Assembly (NCBI GenBank): GCA_042570465.1
Contig: JBHPGO010000003.1
Coordinates: 1 to 56,882, forward strand
Length of the DNA stretch: 56,882 nucleotides
Origin: Patescibacteria group bacterium
GTDB taxonomy: Bacteria; Patescibacteriota; Microgenomatia; PFEM01; JBHPGO01
Reading direction: 5' to 3'
Shown here: positions 1 to 10,139 of the stretch, piece after piece
Numbering within the stretch: the first letter of the stretch is position 1
Layout: every line of letters starts with the position of its first letter
Notes under the pieces: model-generated
What the model was told of the DNA's origin: nothing
Database searches by the model: none
Seen by the model: only the letters and a program-made list of their open reading frames with translations
Position numbers and translations under genes: made by a program

Positions 1-75
1 AAGATTTTTAAAGCCCTAGTCAATCGTCAAGATGAGAATTGATAATGCTAATTCTACCAAAGTGGAGTTCTTAAA

Positions 76-1065
76 TCATTTCTTTTGGCGCGATATTTTC
101 ATCGGCTTATTGAGCCAATTGTCAATCTCTTTTTCCTTGATCAAGCCAGTTTTAGAACCAACTCGAGTAACCACCGCCGCTCCATTGGCCACTCCCAGCT
201 TTAATGCTTTTTCAAACCGGAATCCCTTGGCCAACCCCGCTACTAACCCACTACCAAACCCATCTCCAGCTCCAGTCGAATCGACCATCCCAACCTCAAC
301 TCCTTTAATCTGAAGACTTCCTTTTCCAGGACGATTGACCTTAACTCCTGAATTTCCCTCCGTCACGATCACCGTTGTTTTCGGAAACAAAGAAAATATT
401 TTGCTAAATACTTTTTCATCGTTGATTAGTAGGCCAGTTAGCTTCGCCGCCTCTTCCCGATTAAGAATTAAAATGTCCAGTCCTTGGGCAATTTTCAAGA
501 GTTTTTCCTTTTGTGAGATCTCCCGACGACCAGGATTTGAAGCTATCTTAATCCCCTTTTTTTGTGCCAATGAAATTAATTTTGCCATCAGGTCTAAATT
601 GCCCTCGAGAGAGGTTGTATAAAACCAACGACTATCAAGCTTAGATAAGTCAATAACCGATCCCTCCAACTTTGTTCCTCCTCGATAGACTAGAATTGTC
701 CGGCCTCCATCCGGACCCATCAATATTGTTGAAAAATCAGTTTTTTCTCCCTCTAGCTGAACAAAAAGGGAATCATCAACTCCTTCCTTTTTAAGCTCTT
801 GTCGGATAATTTTTCCGGCAAAATCCCAACCACAACGAGCGACAACAGCTGCTTTTAAACCTAGTCTGGCAAAACCAACCGCCGTATTGGTCCCTCCGCC
901 ACCAGAACAAATCTTTAAGCGATCAACTTCACACTTTGACCCATATGGAAAAACTAATGCCTGGTGAGTTTCAACTAAGGGAGTTTTAGTCACCTTAGCC
1001 ACAGGAGACCTTACAAAAACATCAAGAATTGCTGAACCAAATGAAATTACATCGTATTGCATCAT
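76..1065 (-). CDS. PfkB/ribokinase-family carbohydrate kinase
   Basis: GGGGTNTAVGFARLG and DSTGAGDGFGSG signature motifs. Confidence 0.9.
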   Translation of the reverse strand: MMQYDVISFGSAILDVFVRSPVAKVTKTPLVETHQALVFPYGSKCEVDRLKICSGGGGTNTAVGFARLGLKAAVVARCGWDFAGKIIRQELKKEGVDDSLFVQLEGEKTDFSTILMGPDGGRTILVYRGGTKLEGSVIDLSKLDSRWFYTTSLEGNLDLMAKLISLAQKKGIKIASNPGRREISQKEKLLKIAQGLDILILNREEAAKLTGLLINDEKVFSKIFSLFPKTTVIVTEGNSGVKVNRPGKGSLQIKGVEVGMVDSTGAGDGFGSGLVAGLAKGFRFEKALKLGVANGAAVVTRVGSKTGLIKEKEIDNWLNKPMKISRQKK

Positions 1066-1955
1066 TCTAAAACTTTATGGCTGGTAACTTTATTAGCACT
1101 CCCAAAAAGCTCAATTTTATCTTCAACTACTTTCTGAACCGCCGCTATCACCGGAGTCATAATCTTGTAAATCGCCACCTCTTCAGAACCTTTTAAAACA
1201 TTTTCTAAAGTTTCTCGAAAAGCGATTCGTAGTTCTGTATTAACGTTGATCTTAACCACCCGACCAATCTTGAGTGCCCCTTGAATATCTTCATCAAGTA
1301 AACCTGAACCACCATGAAGAGAAAGAAAGCAAGATAATTTCTGGGCGATAACTCCCAAGCGATTAAGGTCAAGTCTTGGTGGACTGGAATAAATTCCGTG
1401 AAGATTACCCACAGAAACAGCTAAAATATCCACTCCCGTCTTTTCAACAAAGTCGATCGCTCTTTCAACATCAGTATAAGCAGCTGAATCCTGAAACGAT
1501 TTGGCTTCTTCCCCCAAATGAGGTGATGACTTTCCAATAATCTTATCAATCTCTCCCTCGACCAAAACTCCCTTTTGATGCGCCTGATCAACCAGTAAAC
1601 GAGTGATCTTGACATTCTCTTCATAAGGTAAGGCTGAACCATCAAAATGAACTAAATTATATCCGGCCTCAATCGCTTCCTGACATTCCTGAAGACCTGG
1701 TCCATGATCAAAATTGGTCAGTAATTCTAAGTTAAACTCTCGGCAAAAGTTCTCAGCCAATTTTAAAAAATTATCCCTGCCAAAATGGCTTGTTTCTCCT
1801 GCTGAAGCCTCAACAATGACCGGAGCCTGCTGACCTTCAGCCGCTTTAGCCACCGCCTTAATAAGCTCTAAATTTCCAGCGTTAAACGCCCCTAAGGCAT
1901 AACCCTTATCTTGAGCTTTGGTAAGAATTTCTTGAGCCGACAACATAGTCACCAA
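1062..1955 (-). CDS. fba: class II fructose-bisphosphate aldolase
   Basis: GAFN, FDHG, LAVSVGNLHG, LHGGSG, KINVNTELR motifs. Confidence 0.92.
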   Translation of the reverse strand: MVTMLSAQEILTKAQDKGYALGAFNAGNLELIKAVAKAAEGQQAPVIVEASAGETSHFGRDNFLKLAENFCREFNLELLTNFDHGPGLQECQEAIEAGYNLVHFDGSALPYEENVKITRLLVDQAHQKGVLVEGEIDKIIGKSSPHLGEEAKSFQDSAAYTDVERAIDFVEKTGVDILAVSVGNLHGIYSSPPRLDLNRLGVIAQKLSCFLSLHGGSGLLDEDIQGALKIGRVVKINVNTELRIAFRETLENVLKGSEEVAIYKIMTPVIAAVQKVVEDKIELFGSANKVTSHKVLE

Positions 1956-1996
1956 TTAATATCTTTGGTCAACACAAAAATATTGCTGACCAATAA

Positions 1997-2365
1997 CTAT
2001 TGACTGCCTAATTTAGCCTCAACTCGAGTCAAGCTATCTTCGATTCTCTTGAGTGATTCCGTCACGCTTTTCAACGTCGGTTCTTCTGCTGACACGACTG
2101 GCTCGGCCGCTGCCGGAACCGCTGGCTCACTCACAGCTGGAGCTTCTCCAGCAACCGGATCGCTAGTCACCCCAGTTGGTGAACTTAAGCCTTGATCAGC
2201 CATCGTTGGCACAGCTGAAGCCGCATCGCCTACTCCGGCACTAACCGTTGGCCCAGTCATCGGATCAACCGTTCCCGTCCCTGGAGAAGCAGCATTCACC
2301 GGATTATCAGCAGCTACTCCTGCAGCCGCTTGATTTTTATCATTTTTCCCTCCAAAAAGAGCCAT
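1997..2365 (-). CDS. hypothetical Ala/Pro-rich protein with C-terminal coiled coil
   Basis: ORF with strong RBS (AAAGGAGGTG) upstream; low-complexity body. Confidence 0.6.
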   Translation of the reverse strand: MALFGGKNDKNQAAAGVAADNPVNAASPGTGTVDPMTGPTVSAGVGDAASAVPTMADQGLSSPTGVTSDPVAGEAPAVSEPAVPAAAEPVVSAEEPTLKSVTESLKRIEDSLTRVEAKLGSQ

Positions 2366-2382
2366 TAACTTTCACCTCCTTT

Positions 2383-2515
2383 CCCGAGTACAATTCAAAT
2401 TTATAAATATCACGAGGTCCGCCGATGATCGCTCTTCAAGCCGTGTACGCCTGTCCGCCTCTGGCGGAAATAGTACCTGAAGGCTTGAGGTAAGATCAGG
2501 CGGACGAATACAATT
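2383..2515 (-). ncRNA. candidate structured leader RNA (copy 1)
   Basis: nested stems TCCGCC/GGCGGA, TGATC/GATCA, TCAAGCC/GGCTTGA; homologous to 7079-7234. Confidence 0.45.
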
Positions 2516-2561
2516 AATAATTTTCAAATAGCATGAGGCCAGTCAAGTCTAACTTGGCTGG

Positions 2562-3242
2562 CTAATCAACCATCTCATTGACAATCTCAACTGCTTTTGA
2601 GGTTCCAATTCGATCAGCCCCTTTTTCAATAAATCCTAAAGCTTCTTTAAGATTATGAACTCCCCCGGCTACTTTAACCCTAACTTTATCTCCAATCGCC
2701 TGTCTGATTAACTCAACATCGATTAATTTTGCTCCCCTTGGTCCCATACCAGAACAAGTTTTGACAAAATCAGCTCCTGACTTTAAAACCAGCTTTGAAG
2801 CTTGTTTAATCTCCTCATTAGTCAAAAAACCGGTTTCAATAATAAATTTAACCACGGCCAATCTCTTGATACTTTTGGCTGCTTCGACAACCGCACTCAT
2901 TTCAGCCAAAACCTGGTCAGTTTTGCCAGCCTTAAACCAACCCACATTCATTGAAACATCTAGCTCATCAGCCCCATCTTTAATCGCCTTAATCACCGCT
3001 AAAACTTTTGCGTCCTGACTATCTTGACCAAGAGGAAAACTAACCACCGTGCCGACCTTTCCCTTATCACCCAACCTCTCCCTGGCTAAACCAACGTAGC
3101 ATCCATTAACAAAAGCGCTATTAAAGCTAAACTCTTGAACCTTCAGGCAGAGTTTTTTTATATCCTCCGGACGAGCGTCAGGGTGATGATTAGCCAAGTC
3201 CAAATATGAAGCTAATATATTTTTATCGATTTCTTTTACCAT
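2562..3242 (-). CDS. deoC: deoxyribose-phosphate aldolase
   Basis: VVSFPLG, GADELD, KFIIETG, GADFVKT, KVAGGV, GADRIGTS. Confidence 0.93.
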   Translation of the reverse strand: MVKEIDKNILASYLDLANHHPDARPEDIKKLCLKVQEFSFNSAFVNGCYVGLARERLGDKGKVGTVVSFPLGQDSQDAKVLAVIKAIKDGADELDVSMNVGWFKAGKTDQVLAEMSAVVEAAKSIKRLAVVKFIIETGFLTNEEIKQASKLVLKSGADFVKTCSGMGPRGAKLIDVELIRQAIGDKVRVKVAGGVHNLKEALGFIEKGADRIGTSKAVEIVNEMVD

Positions 3243-3268
3243 TAATGACTAATTACTAATACCAATTA

Positions 3269-4297
3269 CTAATTACCCCCAACCAAGATCACCTCATCAA
3301 TTAGCCGACTGCAATAACCCCACTCATTATCATACCAAGCGACTACTTTTACCATATCATGGTCAACCACATTAGTTAATCCAAGGTCAACAATTGCCGA
3401 AGCTGAAGTCCCAATAATATCTGAAGAAACAAGGGGTTTTTCTGAAACCTCAATCACTCCCTTATATTTCCCCAGAGCAGCTTTTTTGAATGCTTCATTA
3501 ATTTCTTGAACATTAGTTCTTTTCGTGGTCAAGAAAGTAAAGTCAGAAACAGAACCAGCTAAAACCGGAACCCTAAAAGCCAAGCCATCAAAGAGCCCAG
3601 CCATAGTTGGAATCACCCTAACCGTTGCCCGAGCTGCCCCAGTCGTTGTCGGAATAATATTAACCGCCGCCGCTCGAGCCCGCCTCAAACTCTTTCGATG
3701 AGAGCCATCAACTAAGTTCTGAGTAGAAGTGTAGGCATGGATGGTCGTCATCATCCCTTTTTCTAAACCAAAATTCTCCATCATCACCTTGGTTACTGGC
3801 GCCACACAATTGGTGGTACATGAAGTATTGTTGACCACTTCTCCTTTGTATTTCTTTTCATTCACTCCGACCACAAAAGCAGGTGTATCCTGAGAAGGGG
3901 CCGAAATGACTACCTTTTTTGCCCCAGCTTTAATGTGCTGTCGAGCATCGATCCCTTTCGTAAAAACACCGGTAGACTCAATCACAACATCAACACCATA
4001 TTTCTTCCAGGGAATCAAGGCTGGATTTCTTTGGGCTAATACTGGAATTTTCTGTTTACCCACCACCAATTTCCCAATTTCCGGATCCTTAGTATCTTTA
4101 TTCCTCAATCCCTTAATCTCTTTTTTAAATTTCCCATAAACACTGTCATATTCCAGTAAATGAGCCCAATCCTCGACCGGCATCGAACCAGAGGTATTAA
4201 TGGCGGCAATTTTAACTTTATCCTGGTAATTAGTTAAAGCCGCTCGGGTAACCACTCTCCCAATCCGGCCAAAACCGTTGATAGCAATTTTGATCAT
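3269..4297 (-). CDS. gap: glyceraldehyde-3-phosphate dehydrogenase (type I)
   Basis: INGFGRIGR, SCTTNC, WYDNEWGY. Confidence 0.97.
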   Translation of the reverse strand: MIKIAINGFGRIGRVVTRAALTNYQDKVKIAAINTSGSMPVEDWAHLLEYDSVYGKFKKEIKGLRNKDTKDPEIGKLVVGKQKIPVLAQRNPALIPWKKYGVDVVIESTGVFTKGIDARQHIKAGAKKVVISAPSQDTPAFVVGVNEKKYKGEVVNNTSCTTNCVAPVTKVMMENFGLEKGMMTTIHAYTSTQNLVDGSHRKSLRRARAAAVNIIPTTTGAARATVRVIPTMAGLFDGLAFRVPVLAGSVSDFTFLTTKRTNVQEINEAFKKAALGKYKGVIEVSEKPLVSSDIIGTSASAIVDLGLTNVVDHDMVKVVAWYDNEWGYCSRLIDEVILVGGN

Positions 4298-4389
4298 AAC
4301 TTAATGTTAAAAATTAAAGATAAAATACTAAAAACACAGACTTAAAAACGCAAAAAGTATTTTCATATTTTTGTTTATGTTTTTCATTT

Positions 4390-5445
4390 TTAGTTTTTGG
4401 TCTTTGGTTTTTTAACCACCGCTTCTATCCCGGGCAAAGTTTTATTGGCTAAATAAGCCAACATCGCGCTCCCTCCGGACGAAATATAGTCGACCTCTTC
4501 TTTTAGATTAAGTTTAGTTAAGGCCGCTTCGGTGTCACCCCCACCAACCACCTTAAAGGCTTTTGTTCCGGCAATCATTTGGGCCACTTTTTCTGTTCCT
4601 CTTTGGAACCTTTCATCTTCAAAAGCACCCATTGGTCCGGACCAAACAATTGTCTTTGCTTTTACGATAATTTTTCTAAAACTAGCTACCGTTTCCATAG
4701 TGATATCTTCACCCGCTTTTGTCAAGCTGGCTGATATTTTTTTTGAGCTCAAAAACTTTCTGAACTCTGGATACTCGACCAATTTACCTCCCACTAAAAT
4801 CGAGTCTGCCCACTCTAAAAGCTTATTAATCGCCACTAGTTTTCCCTTCTTCCTCCCCCCTAGAACCAAAACAACCGGTCTTTGCGGATGATCTTTAACT
4901 CGAGACAACACTTCGACTTCCTCGAGAAAATCTAAACCAAAAGCCGTCGGTAAAAGAGAGGGCAAGCCGACAATTGAAGCATGCTGGCGGTGAGAAACAG
5001 CAAAGGCATCATTAATAAATACTTGAGCTAGACTAGCCAAGCTTTTGGAAAACTCAGGATCATTATCCATTTCGGCATTGTCAAAACGAAGATTTTCAAG
5101 AACTAAAAGTTCACCGGACTTTAAATCGCTGACCATTCTCTTAGTTTTTTCCCCAAGTATCTCACCGGAAAACCCGATCTTCACTCCAGCAATCTTCATT
5201 CTCATTCTCTCAACCACCGCACTGAGGCTTAAACCAGGCACCACCTTGCCTCCTGGCCGATCAAGATGAGAAATAATTATCAGCTTGGCTTTTTGGGAGA
5301 GTAAGTACTTAATTGTTTCGAAAGACTCGTAAATTCTGGTTCCATCAGCCACTCGACCATCGGCTGTAATCGGGACATCGTAATTTGTTCTCAGAAGAAC
5401 TTTTTTAGCTTTAACCTCAACATTTTTAACTGATGGCAGGGACAT
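4390..5445 (-). CDS. pgk: phosphoglycerate kinase
   Basis: SHLDRP, LENLRF, NDAFAVSHR, GPMGAFE, GGGDT, ISSGGSA. Confidence 0.95.
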   Translation of the reverse strand: MSLPSVKNVEVKAKKVLLRTNYDVPITADGRVADGTRIYESFETIKYLLSQKAKLIIISHLDRPGGKVVPGLSLSAVVERMRMKIAGVKIGFSGEILGEKTKRMVSDLKSGELLVLENLRFDNAEMDNDPEFSKSLASLAQVFINDAFAVSHRQHASIVGLPSLLPTAFGLDFLEEVEVLSRVKDHPQRPVVLVLGGRKKGKLVAINKLLEWADSILVGGKLVEYPEFRKFLSSKKISASLTKAGEDITMETVASFRKIIVKAKTIVWSGPMGAFEDERFQRGTEKVAQMIAGTKAFKVVGGGDTEAALTKLNLKEEVDYISSGGSAMLAYLANKTLPGIEAVVKKPKTKN

Positions 5446-5460
5446 GGTGATTCAGTAACT

Positions 5461-6015
5461 TTACTTGCCAGCTTTTTCTTTTTTGATCTTTTTGATAATT
5501 ATGTCGACCAACTTAATCGGATCGGTTGCAAAAACCACCTTTCTTCTTCCTTTTTTGGCCACCTCCAAAATTCTGCGAACTTCATCAGCAATCCCACCCG
5601 AACCCTCCAATACTCCAACAATCTCATTTTCCTCATAAGCACTGGTAAATTCATTTAAGGTTCCGATCCGGCCATCAACCACGATCGTTGCGTCAGCTGA
5701 CCTAACCATCAATAGATTTCTACCCGTATAACCAAACTCGGCGTAAATCATGTGATCAAATATCTTGGGGTCAGCTGGCAATCGGTATCGACCAACATGC
5801 TCTGCCTCACTGCCAGCCGGAGAAAAACCAATCACTGCTCCACCAACTTTTTTAGCTTCCACTGCCGCCGCAAACGGCACGCCAGTTGTAGCTCCGGTAA
5901 TTAATACATGACCACGACTGGCAATTTCTTTACCGATTTTTTTAGCCAAAGACATGGCTTTTTCGGCATTTTCACCACTGGCTCCTCCGGAAATACAAAT
6001 CTTATATCGAGGCAT
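5461..6015 (-). CDS. LOG/SLOG-family nucleotide-binding protein
   Basis: LITGATTGVP, GRN, GRIGTLNE motifs. Confidence 0.8.
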   Translation of the reverse strand: MPRYKICISGGASGENAEKAMSLAKKIGKEIASRGHVLITGATTGVPFAAAVEAKKVGGAVIGFSPAGSEAEHVGRYRLPADPKIFDHMIYAEFGYTGRNLLMVRSADATIVVDGRIGTLNEFTSAYEENEIVGVLEGSGGIADEVRRILEVAKKGRRKVVFATDPIKLVDIIIKKIKKEKAGK

Positions 6016-6068
6016 GTTAATAAATTAAAAACTAAAACATTTATAAAATATATCTATCTTAGATAAAC

Positions 6069-6719
6069 TCATTGACTAAATCCTTTTGCGAGATCCATTA
6101 GTTCTTTTTCCGGTTCTTGAGCTGAAACGACATCAGAAGAAACTAAAACTCCTTTGGCACCAAGACCAATGGCTATCCTAACATCTTCCTGATTATTGAT
6201 ACCAGCCCCAATTAATACCGGCAGGTTACTAAACTCTTTCACAAAATTTTTGACTACCTCTGGTTTAGCAACCGAAACCGAACTAGTTTGACTGCCAATA
6301 AACTCCGGTGGCTCATAAGCTAAAAAATCTGGCTTTCCTTCAATGACTTCCCTGGCTTCTTCAACTGAAGCCGCAATAACCATCGTTTTTATATTTAGTT
6401 CAGAGCAACGAGAGGTAATTGTTTTAACCATTTCCGAAGGAATTTTATTCTCTGAGTGATTTAATATCGTTCCCTTAACTCCAGCGGCCAAAACCGCTTC
6501 CGCTAACACTTGGCCGGTGTTAGGGCCAGGCTCAATATCGTCCACATGCTGAGACCAAACAGTAAAACCAGCTTGAGCCAACCGAAAAATATCGACCGCC
6601 TGGACGACGGGAGTAATCTCTAAAGAAGTTTTTTTGGCCACTGATTGGCAAACCTTTGCCAACTTAACAGCCGCCTCCCCTGTACCTTGGTGATAAGTCT
6701 TGAAATTAACAAAAATCAT
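6069..6719 (-). CDS. tpiA: triosephosphate isomerase, archaeal type (start adjusted to MIFVNFKTY)
   Basis: VNFKTY, QHVD, LNHSE, AYEPPEFIG, GAGI; about 216 aa. Confidence 0.9.
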   Translation of the reverse strand: MIFVNFKTYHQGTGEAAVKLAKVCQSVAKKTSLEITPVVQAVDIFRLAQAGFTVWSQHVDDIEPGPNTGQVLAEAVLAAGVKGTILNHSENKIPSEMVKTITSRCSELNIKTMVIAASVEEAREVIEGKPDFLAYEPPEFIGSQTSSVSVAKPEVVKNFVKEFSNLPVLIGAGINNQEDVRIAIGLGAKGVLVSSDVVSAQEPEKELMDLAKGFSQ

Positions 6720-6862
6720 ATCCCAATAATACCGATTATTGATCCTTTCTACAAGATTAACCGAAATCACTAAACTGGAGTCAACCAATCAAATTCCAAT
6801 CCCCCAACCCCCAATAGCCAATAATTTAAAATTAAGCATTAGGTTAATTAGGTCAATTTCTC

Positions 6863-7060
6863 TCACCCTTCCATTCTTGTATAAACACCAAAAAGAGCTA
6901 AGATGACGGCCACCAATAACCACTGGGTCGAAGCCAAAACAATATCGGCTACTAAAAATCCCCAAAACGAGGCTAGAACCGCTAAAAATGAGGCAACCAT
7001 CAAACCACAAGATACCTGTCGCCAATCTTTTTTATTTAAACCACAACAATTTTTCATCAT
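6863..7060 (-). CDS. small two-helix membrane protein
   Basis: RBS GAGGAGGTG upstream; two hydrophobic segments. Confidence 0.6.
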   Translation of the reverse strand: MMKNCCGLNKKDWRQVSCGLMVASFLAVLASFWGFLVADIVLASTQWLLVAVILALFGVYTRMEG

Positions 7061-7078
7061 TATTAAAACACCTCCTCT

Positions 7079-7275
7079 CCCGAGTACAACTTAAATTTTA
7101 TAATCGTACGAGACCCGCCGACCAGCCGCCCTTAAGGCCGCCCCCGCTGTTCGCGAACGGCGGGGTCAAAAGGCCTAAAGTAAGGTTAGGCGGGCGAATT
7201 ACAACTTAAATTTTATAATCGTACGAGGCCCGCCAAGTCAGACTCGGCCCGCTGACCAGCCAAAGCGCATATGCC
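7079..7275 (-). ncRNA. candidate structured leader RNA, 1.5 tandem units
   Basis: 35-bp direct repeat 7085-7119/7200-7234; covarying stems relative to 2383-2515. Confidence 0.45.
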
Positions 7276-7328
7276 CACAAACCTATCCTTGATTTGCTCT
7301 TCTTTCATGGTATCCTAAGACAATCATT

Positions 7329-8111
7329 TTGCCAAGACTGATGAAAAAACAAACAAGTAAGATTCAAGTAAAAAAAATCAAAATTGATCAAGAAACAATT
7401 GAATATGCCGTCAGAACCGGTGGACCAAGAAATATTTTCTTTCTCCACGGCCTGAATACTAGCTGGCGGTTCTGGGTGAAAGTTCTTCCCTCAATTCCCC
7501 ATCAATATACTTGCTACGCCCTCTCCCTCCCTAAATACGGTCAACATCGGATTAATCACTATCTTGAAACAGTTGAAAAATTTATTAAACAAAAAGAAGC
7601 CGGAAAGATTCTTCTGGTGGGCCATTCCCTGGGTGGAATCATTGCCTTGCAATTAGCCTCAAAGGGCCTTGACTTTGAAAGGATTACCCTCGTTAACGTC
7701 CCCATGTTTTCCCAAGCACCAGACCTGACCAGTCGTACCTTGAAGTATTGGAAGAATAAACTGGAAACCGACCCGATTATTAAAAAAACATTTTTAATTA
7801 TTCCGGCTCGGATAAAGAGATTTAAGAAATTTTTCTTGCGGGCCCCGCTGGAAAGTTATTTAGAAGGCTTTTCTGATGTTTTAGAACAATCAATTGTGAC
7901 TGACCTTGATAAAGTCAAGAAAAAAATCCCGATTATGGTGGTCGACGGAAGGCTTGATTTTTTACTGTGGCTCTGCCAGGGAAAGTCACTCTATAAAAGA
8001 CTCAGACCAGAGGCAATCATAAAACTATTTGATTATCACTTTATTCCCCAAACCCGTCCCAAGAAATTAGCCAAAATTATCGACCAATTTTTTAGTTCTG
8101 CTGGTAGTTAA
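7329..8111 (+). CDS. alpha/beta hydrolase
   Basis: FLHG and VGHSLGG (GxSxG) motifs. Confidence 0.85.
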   Translation: MPRLMKKQTSKIQVKKIKIDQETIEYAVRTGGPRNIFFLHGLNTSWRFWVKVLPSIPHQYTCYALSLPKYGQHRINHYLETVEKFIKQKEAGKILLVGHSLGGIIALQLASKGLDFERITLVNVPMFSQAPDLTSRTLKYWKNKLETDPIIKKTFLIIPARIKRFKKFFLRAPLESYLEGFSDVLEQSIVTDLDKVKKKIPIMVVDGRLDFLLWLCQGKSLYKRLRPEAIIKLFDYHFIPQTRPKKLAKIIDQFFSSAGS

Positions 8112-8493
8112 TAATCGCCTTTTTAAGTGCCTCGACCGCTAAAACTGAACAATGAAGCTTGGCACAAGGAAGCCCTCCTAAGGCCTGAACTAATTTCTTT
8201 TTATCAATCTTTTGAGCTTCTTTTAAGGTTTTTCCTTTAACCATCTCGGTCACCATCGAAGAAGTGGCAATCGCCGCCCCACACCCTAGGGTCTGAAACT
8301 TGATGTCTTTAATAAACTTTGCCCCTTTACCACTTTGCAACTGTGAAACTTTAATAAACATCTTCATCACGTCACCACAGACCGGATTACCTACAATAGC
8401 TTCACCATCAGGATTTTTAATCTCCCCCATGTTCCTGGGATTTTTAAAATGATCCATGACTTTTTTTGAATAAAGTGAATTCATATAAATCAA
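8092..8493 (-). CDS. iscU: Fe-S cluster scaffold protein
   Basis: HFKNPRNMG, NPVCGD, GCGAAIA, KLHCSVLA. Confidence 0.93.
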   Translation of the reverse strand: MIYMNSLYSKKVMDHFKNPRNMGEIKNPDGEAIVGNPVCGDVMKMFIKVSQLQSGKGAKFIKDIKFQTLGCGAAIATSSMVTEMVKGKTLKEAQKIDKKKLVQALGGLPCAKLHCSVLAVEALKKAIINYQQN

Positions 8494-8558
8494 AAATCAA
8501 TCCGCCAGCTGGCGGACAAAATGTAATTTAAAATGTAAAAATTTTGAATTTTTATTTG

Positions 8559-9791
8559 TCATTTTGACTTTTGCATTTTGAGATTTGCATTAAAATTCGG
8601 TGCCATTAACCTTAACCTTTTAATAACACCTGGCAAGACCTTTAACACATAATCAATCTCCTCTTCAGTCGTTTTTTTACCCAGCGAAAACCGAATTGAA
8701 CCATGAGCTGCCTCAGGCGAAATTCCCATCGCTGTCAGCACATGGCTTGGCTTTAACTCGCCACTTGTGCAAGCGCTCCCGGAAGAAGCTGCAATTCCTT
8801 GATCTGAAAGCATCAGTAAAACTGACTCTCCCTCGACCCCCTTAAAAATAAACGAAGCAATATCGGGCAATCTTTTTGAAGGGTGACCAGATAGTTGAGA
8901 ATTTGGAACCGATCCTAAAACTCCTTTAATTAACTTATCTCTCAGCTTAGCTACTTGAAGCACCATTTTGCCTCTTTCTTTGGCCGCCAACTCCAGTGCC
9001 TTGGTCAAACCAATGATTAAAGGAACCGACTCCGTTCCCGGCCAAAGACCTCTTTCATGATGACCCCCATAGGTGATCGGCTCAATCTTAACTCCATCCC
9101 GAACATAAAGCAGACCAATCCCTTTTGGGCCACCAAATTTATGGGCCCCTAAAGTCATTAAATCTACTCCTAGTTTTTTTACATCGAGCTGAAGGTAATC
9201 AACCACCGTTGCCGCATCAGTATGAAGGTAGGGGTAATTTTTCTTTGCCCCTTTGCGCTTTTGAATCTCTGTCCCTATCTCTTGAATCGGCTGGATCGTG
9301 CCCACTTCATTATTGGCGTACATGACCGAGACAAAAATTGTTTTATCGGTCATCGCTTTTTTAACCTCTTTAGGGTCAATTAAACCAAGTTTACTAACCG
9401 GCAGCACAGTTAAATCAAAGCCTTCTTTTTCTAGCGCCTGGTAAGTATCTAAAACTGCATGATGCTCAATCTCAGAAGTAATTAGATGATTACCCCAACC
9501 AGCTTTTTTCGCCACTCGGGCCGTTCCCAAGATTGCCAAATTATTGCTGGTCGTGGTTGTTCCGGTAAAATATATCTCCCGCGAAGAACAATTCAAAACA
9601 TCGGCAACTTTTTTTCTGGCTTTCTCAATTTCGGCTCTGGCCTCCTGCCCTTTCAAATGAATCGAAGAAGGATTACCAAACTTTTCACCAAAATAAGGCA
9701 GCATTGCCTTTAAAACTCTCGGATCAACCGGAGTAGTGGCGGCATAGTCAAGATAAACCTCCCTTTTTTTATTTCTTGTTTGACTCATCAA
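8559..9791 (-). CDS. iscS: cysteine desulfurase
   Basis: YLDYAATTP, GNPSS, AHKFGGPKG, SSGSACTS. Confidence 0.95.
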   Translation of the reverse strand: MMSQTRNKKREVYLDYAATTPVDPRVLKAMLPYFGEKFGNPSSIHLKGQEARAEIEKARKKVADVLNCSSREIYFTGTTTTSNNLAILGTARVAKKAGWGNHLITSEIEHHAVLDTYQALEKEGFDLTVLPVSKLGLIDPKEVKKAMTDKTIFVSVMYANNEVGTIQPIQEIGTEIQKRKGAKKNYPYLHTDAATVVDYLQLDVKKLGVDLMTLGAHKFGGPKGIGLLYVRDGVKIEPITYGGHHERGLWPGTESVPLIIGLTKALELAAKERGKMVLQVAKLRDKLIKGVLGSVPNSQLSGHPSKRLPDIASFIFKGVEGESVLLMLSDQGIAASSGSACTSGELKPSHVLTAMGISPEAAHGSIRFSLGKKTTEEEIDYVLKVLPGVIKRLRLMAPNFNANLKMQKSK

Positions 9792-9886
9792 TCACTCCTA
9801 ATTATCACTATAATACGATCTAGTATTTACTCCTAAATTATCAATAAAAAACAGTTTTTTATAAAAAATACTAGCAGTTTCAACCA

Positions 9887-10126
9887 CTAATCCTGAATAA
9901 ACTCGACTTCCTTTACCTCCGGCACTTTTTCCTTGATCATTTCTTCCATCCCTGCCCCAAAAGTGGCTTGAGCCATAGGGCAACCTAAACAAGCTCCTTT
10001 AATCTGAATCTTGACCTTTCCATTTTTTACCGAGACCAAATCAAAACCACCCCCATGTGACTCGATATATGGCTTGACTTCTTTGAGGGCTTGTTCAACT
10101 TGTTGTTTTAAACTTTGTTTTGACAT
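9887..10126 (-). CDS. NifU C-terminal (Nfu) domain protein
   Basis: PYIESHGG and GACLGCP motifs. Confidence 0.9.
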   Translation of the reverse strand: MSKQSLKQQVEQALKEVKPYIESHGGGFDLVSVKNGKVKIQIKGACLGCPMAQATFGAGMEEMIKEKVPEVKEVEFIQD

Positions 10127-10139
10127 TTAGCTTTTTACC

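Noticed and set aside
9810-9845. Possible IscR/Rrf2-type operator upstream of iscS
   Set aside because: Only weak AT-rich symmetry and no Rrf2 gene in the window; not supportable.
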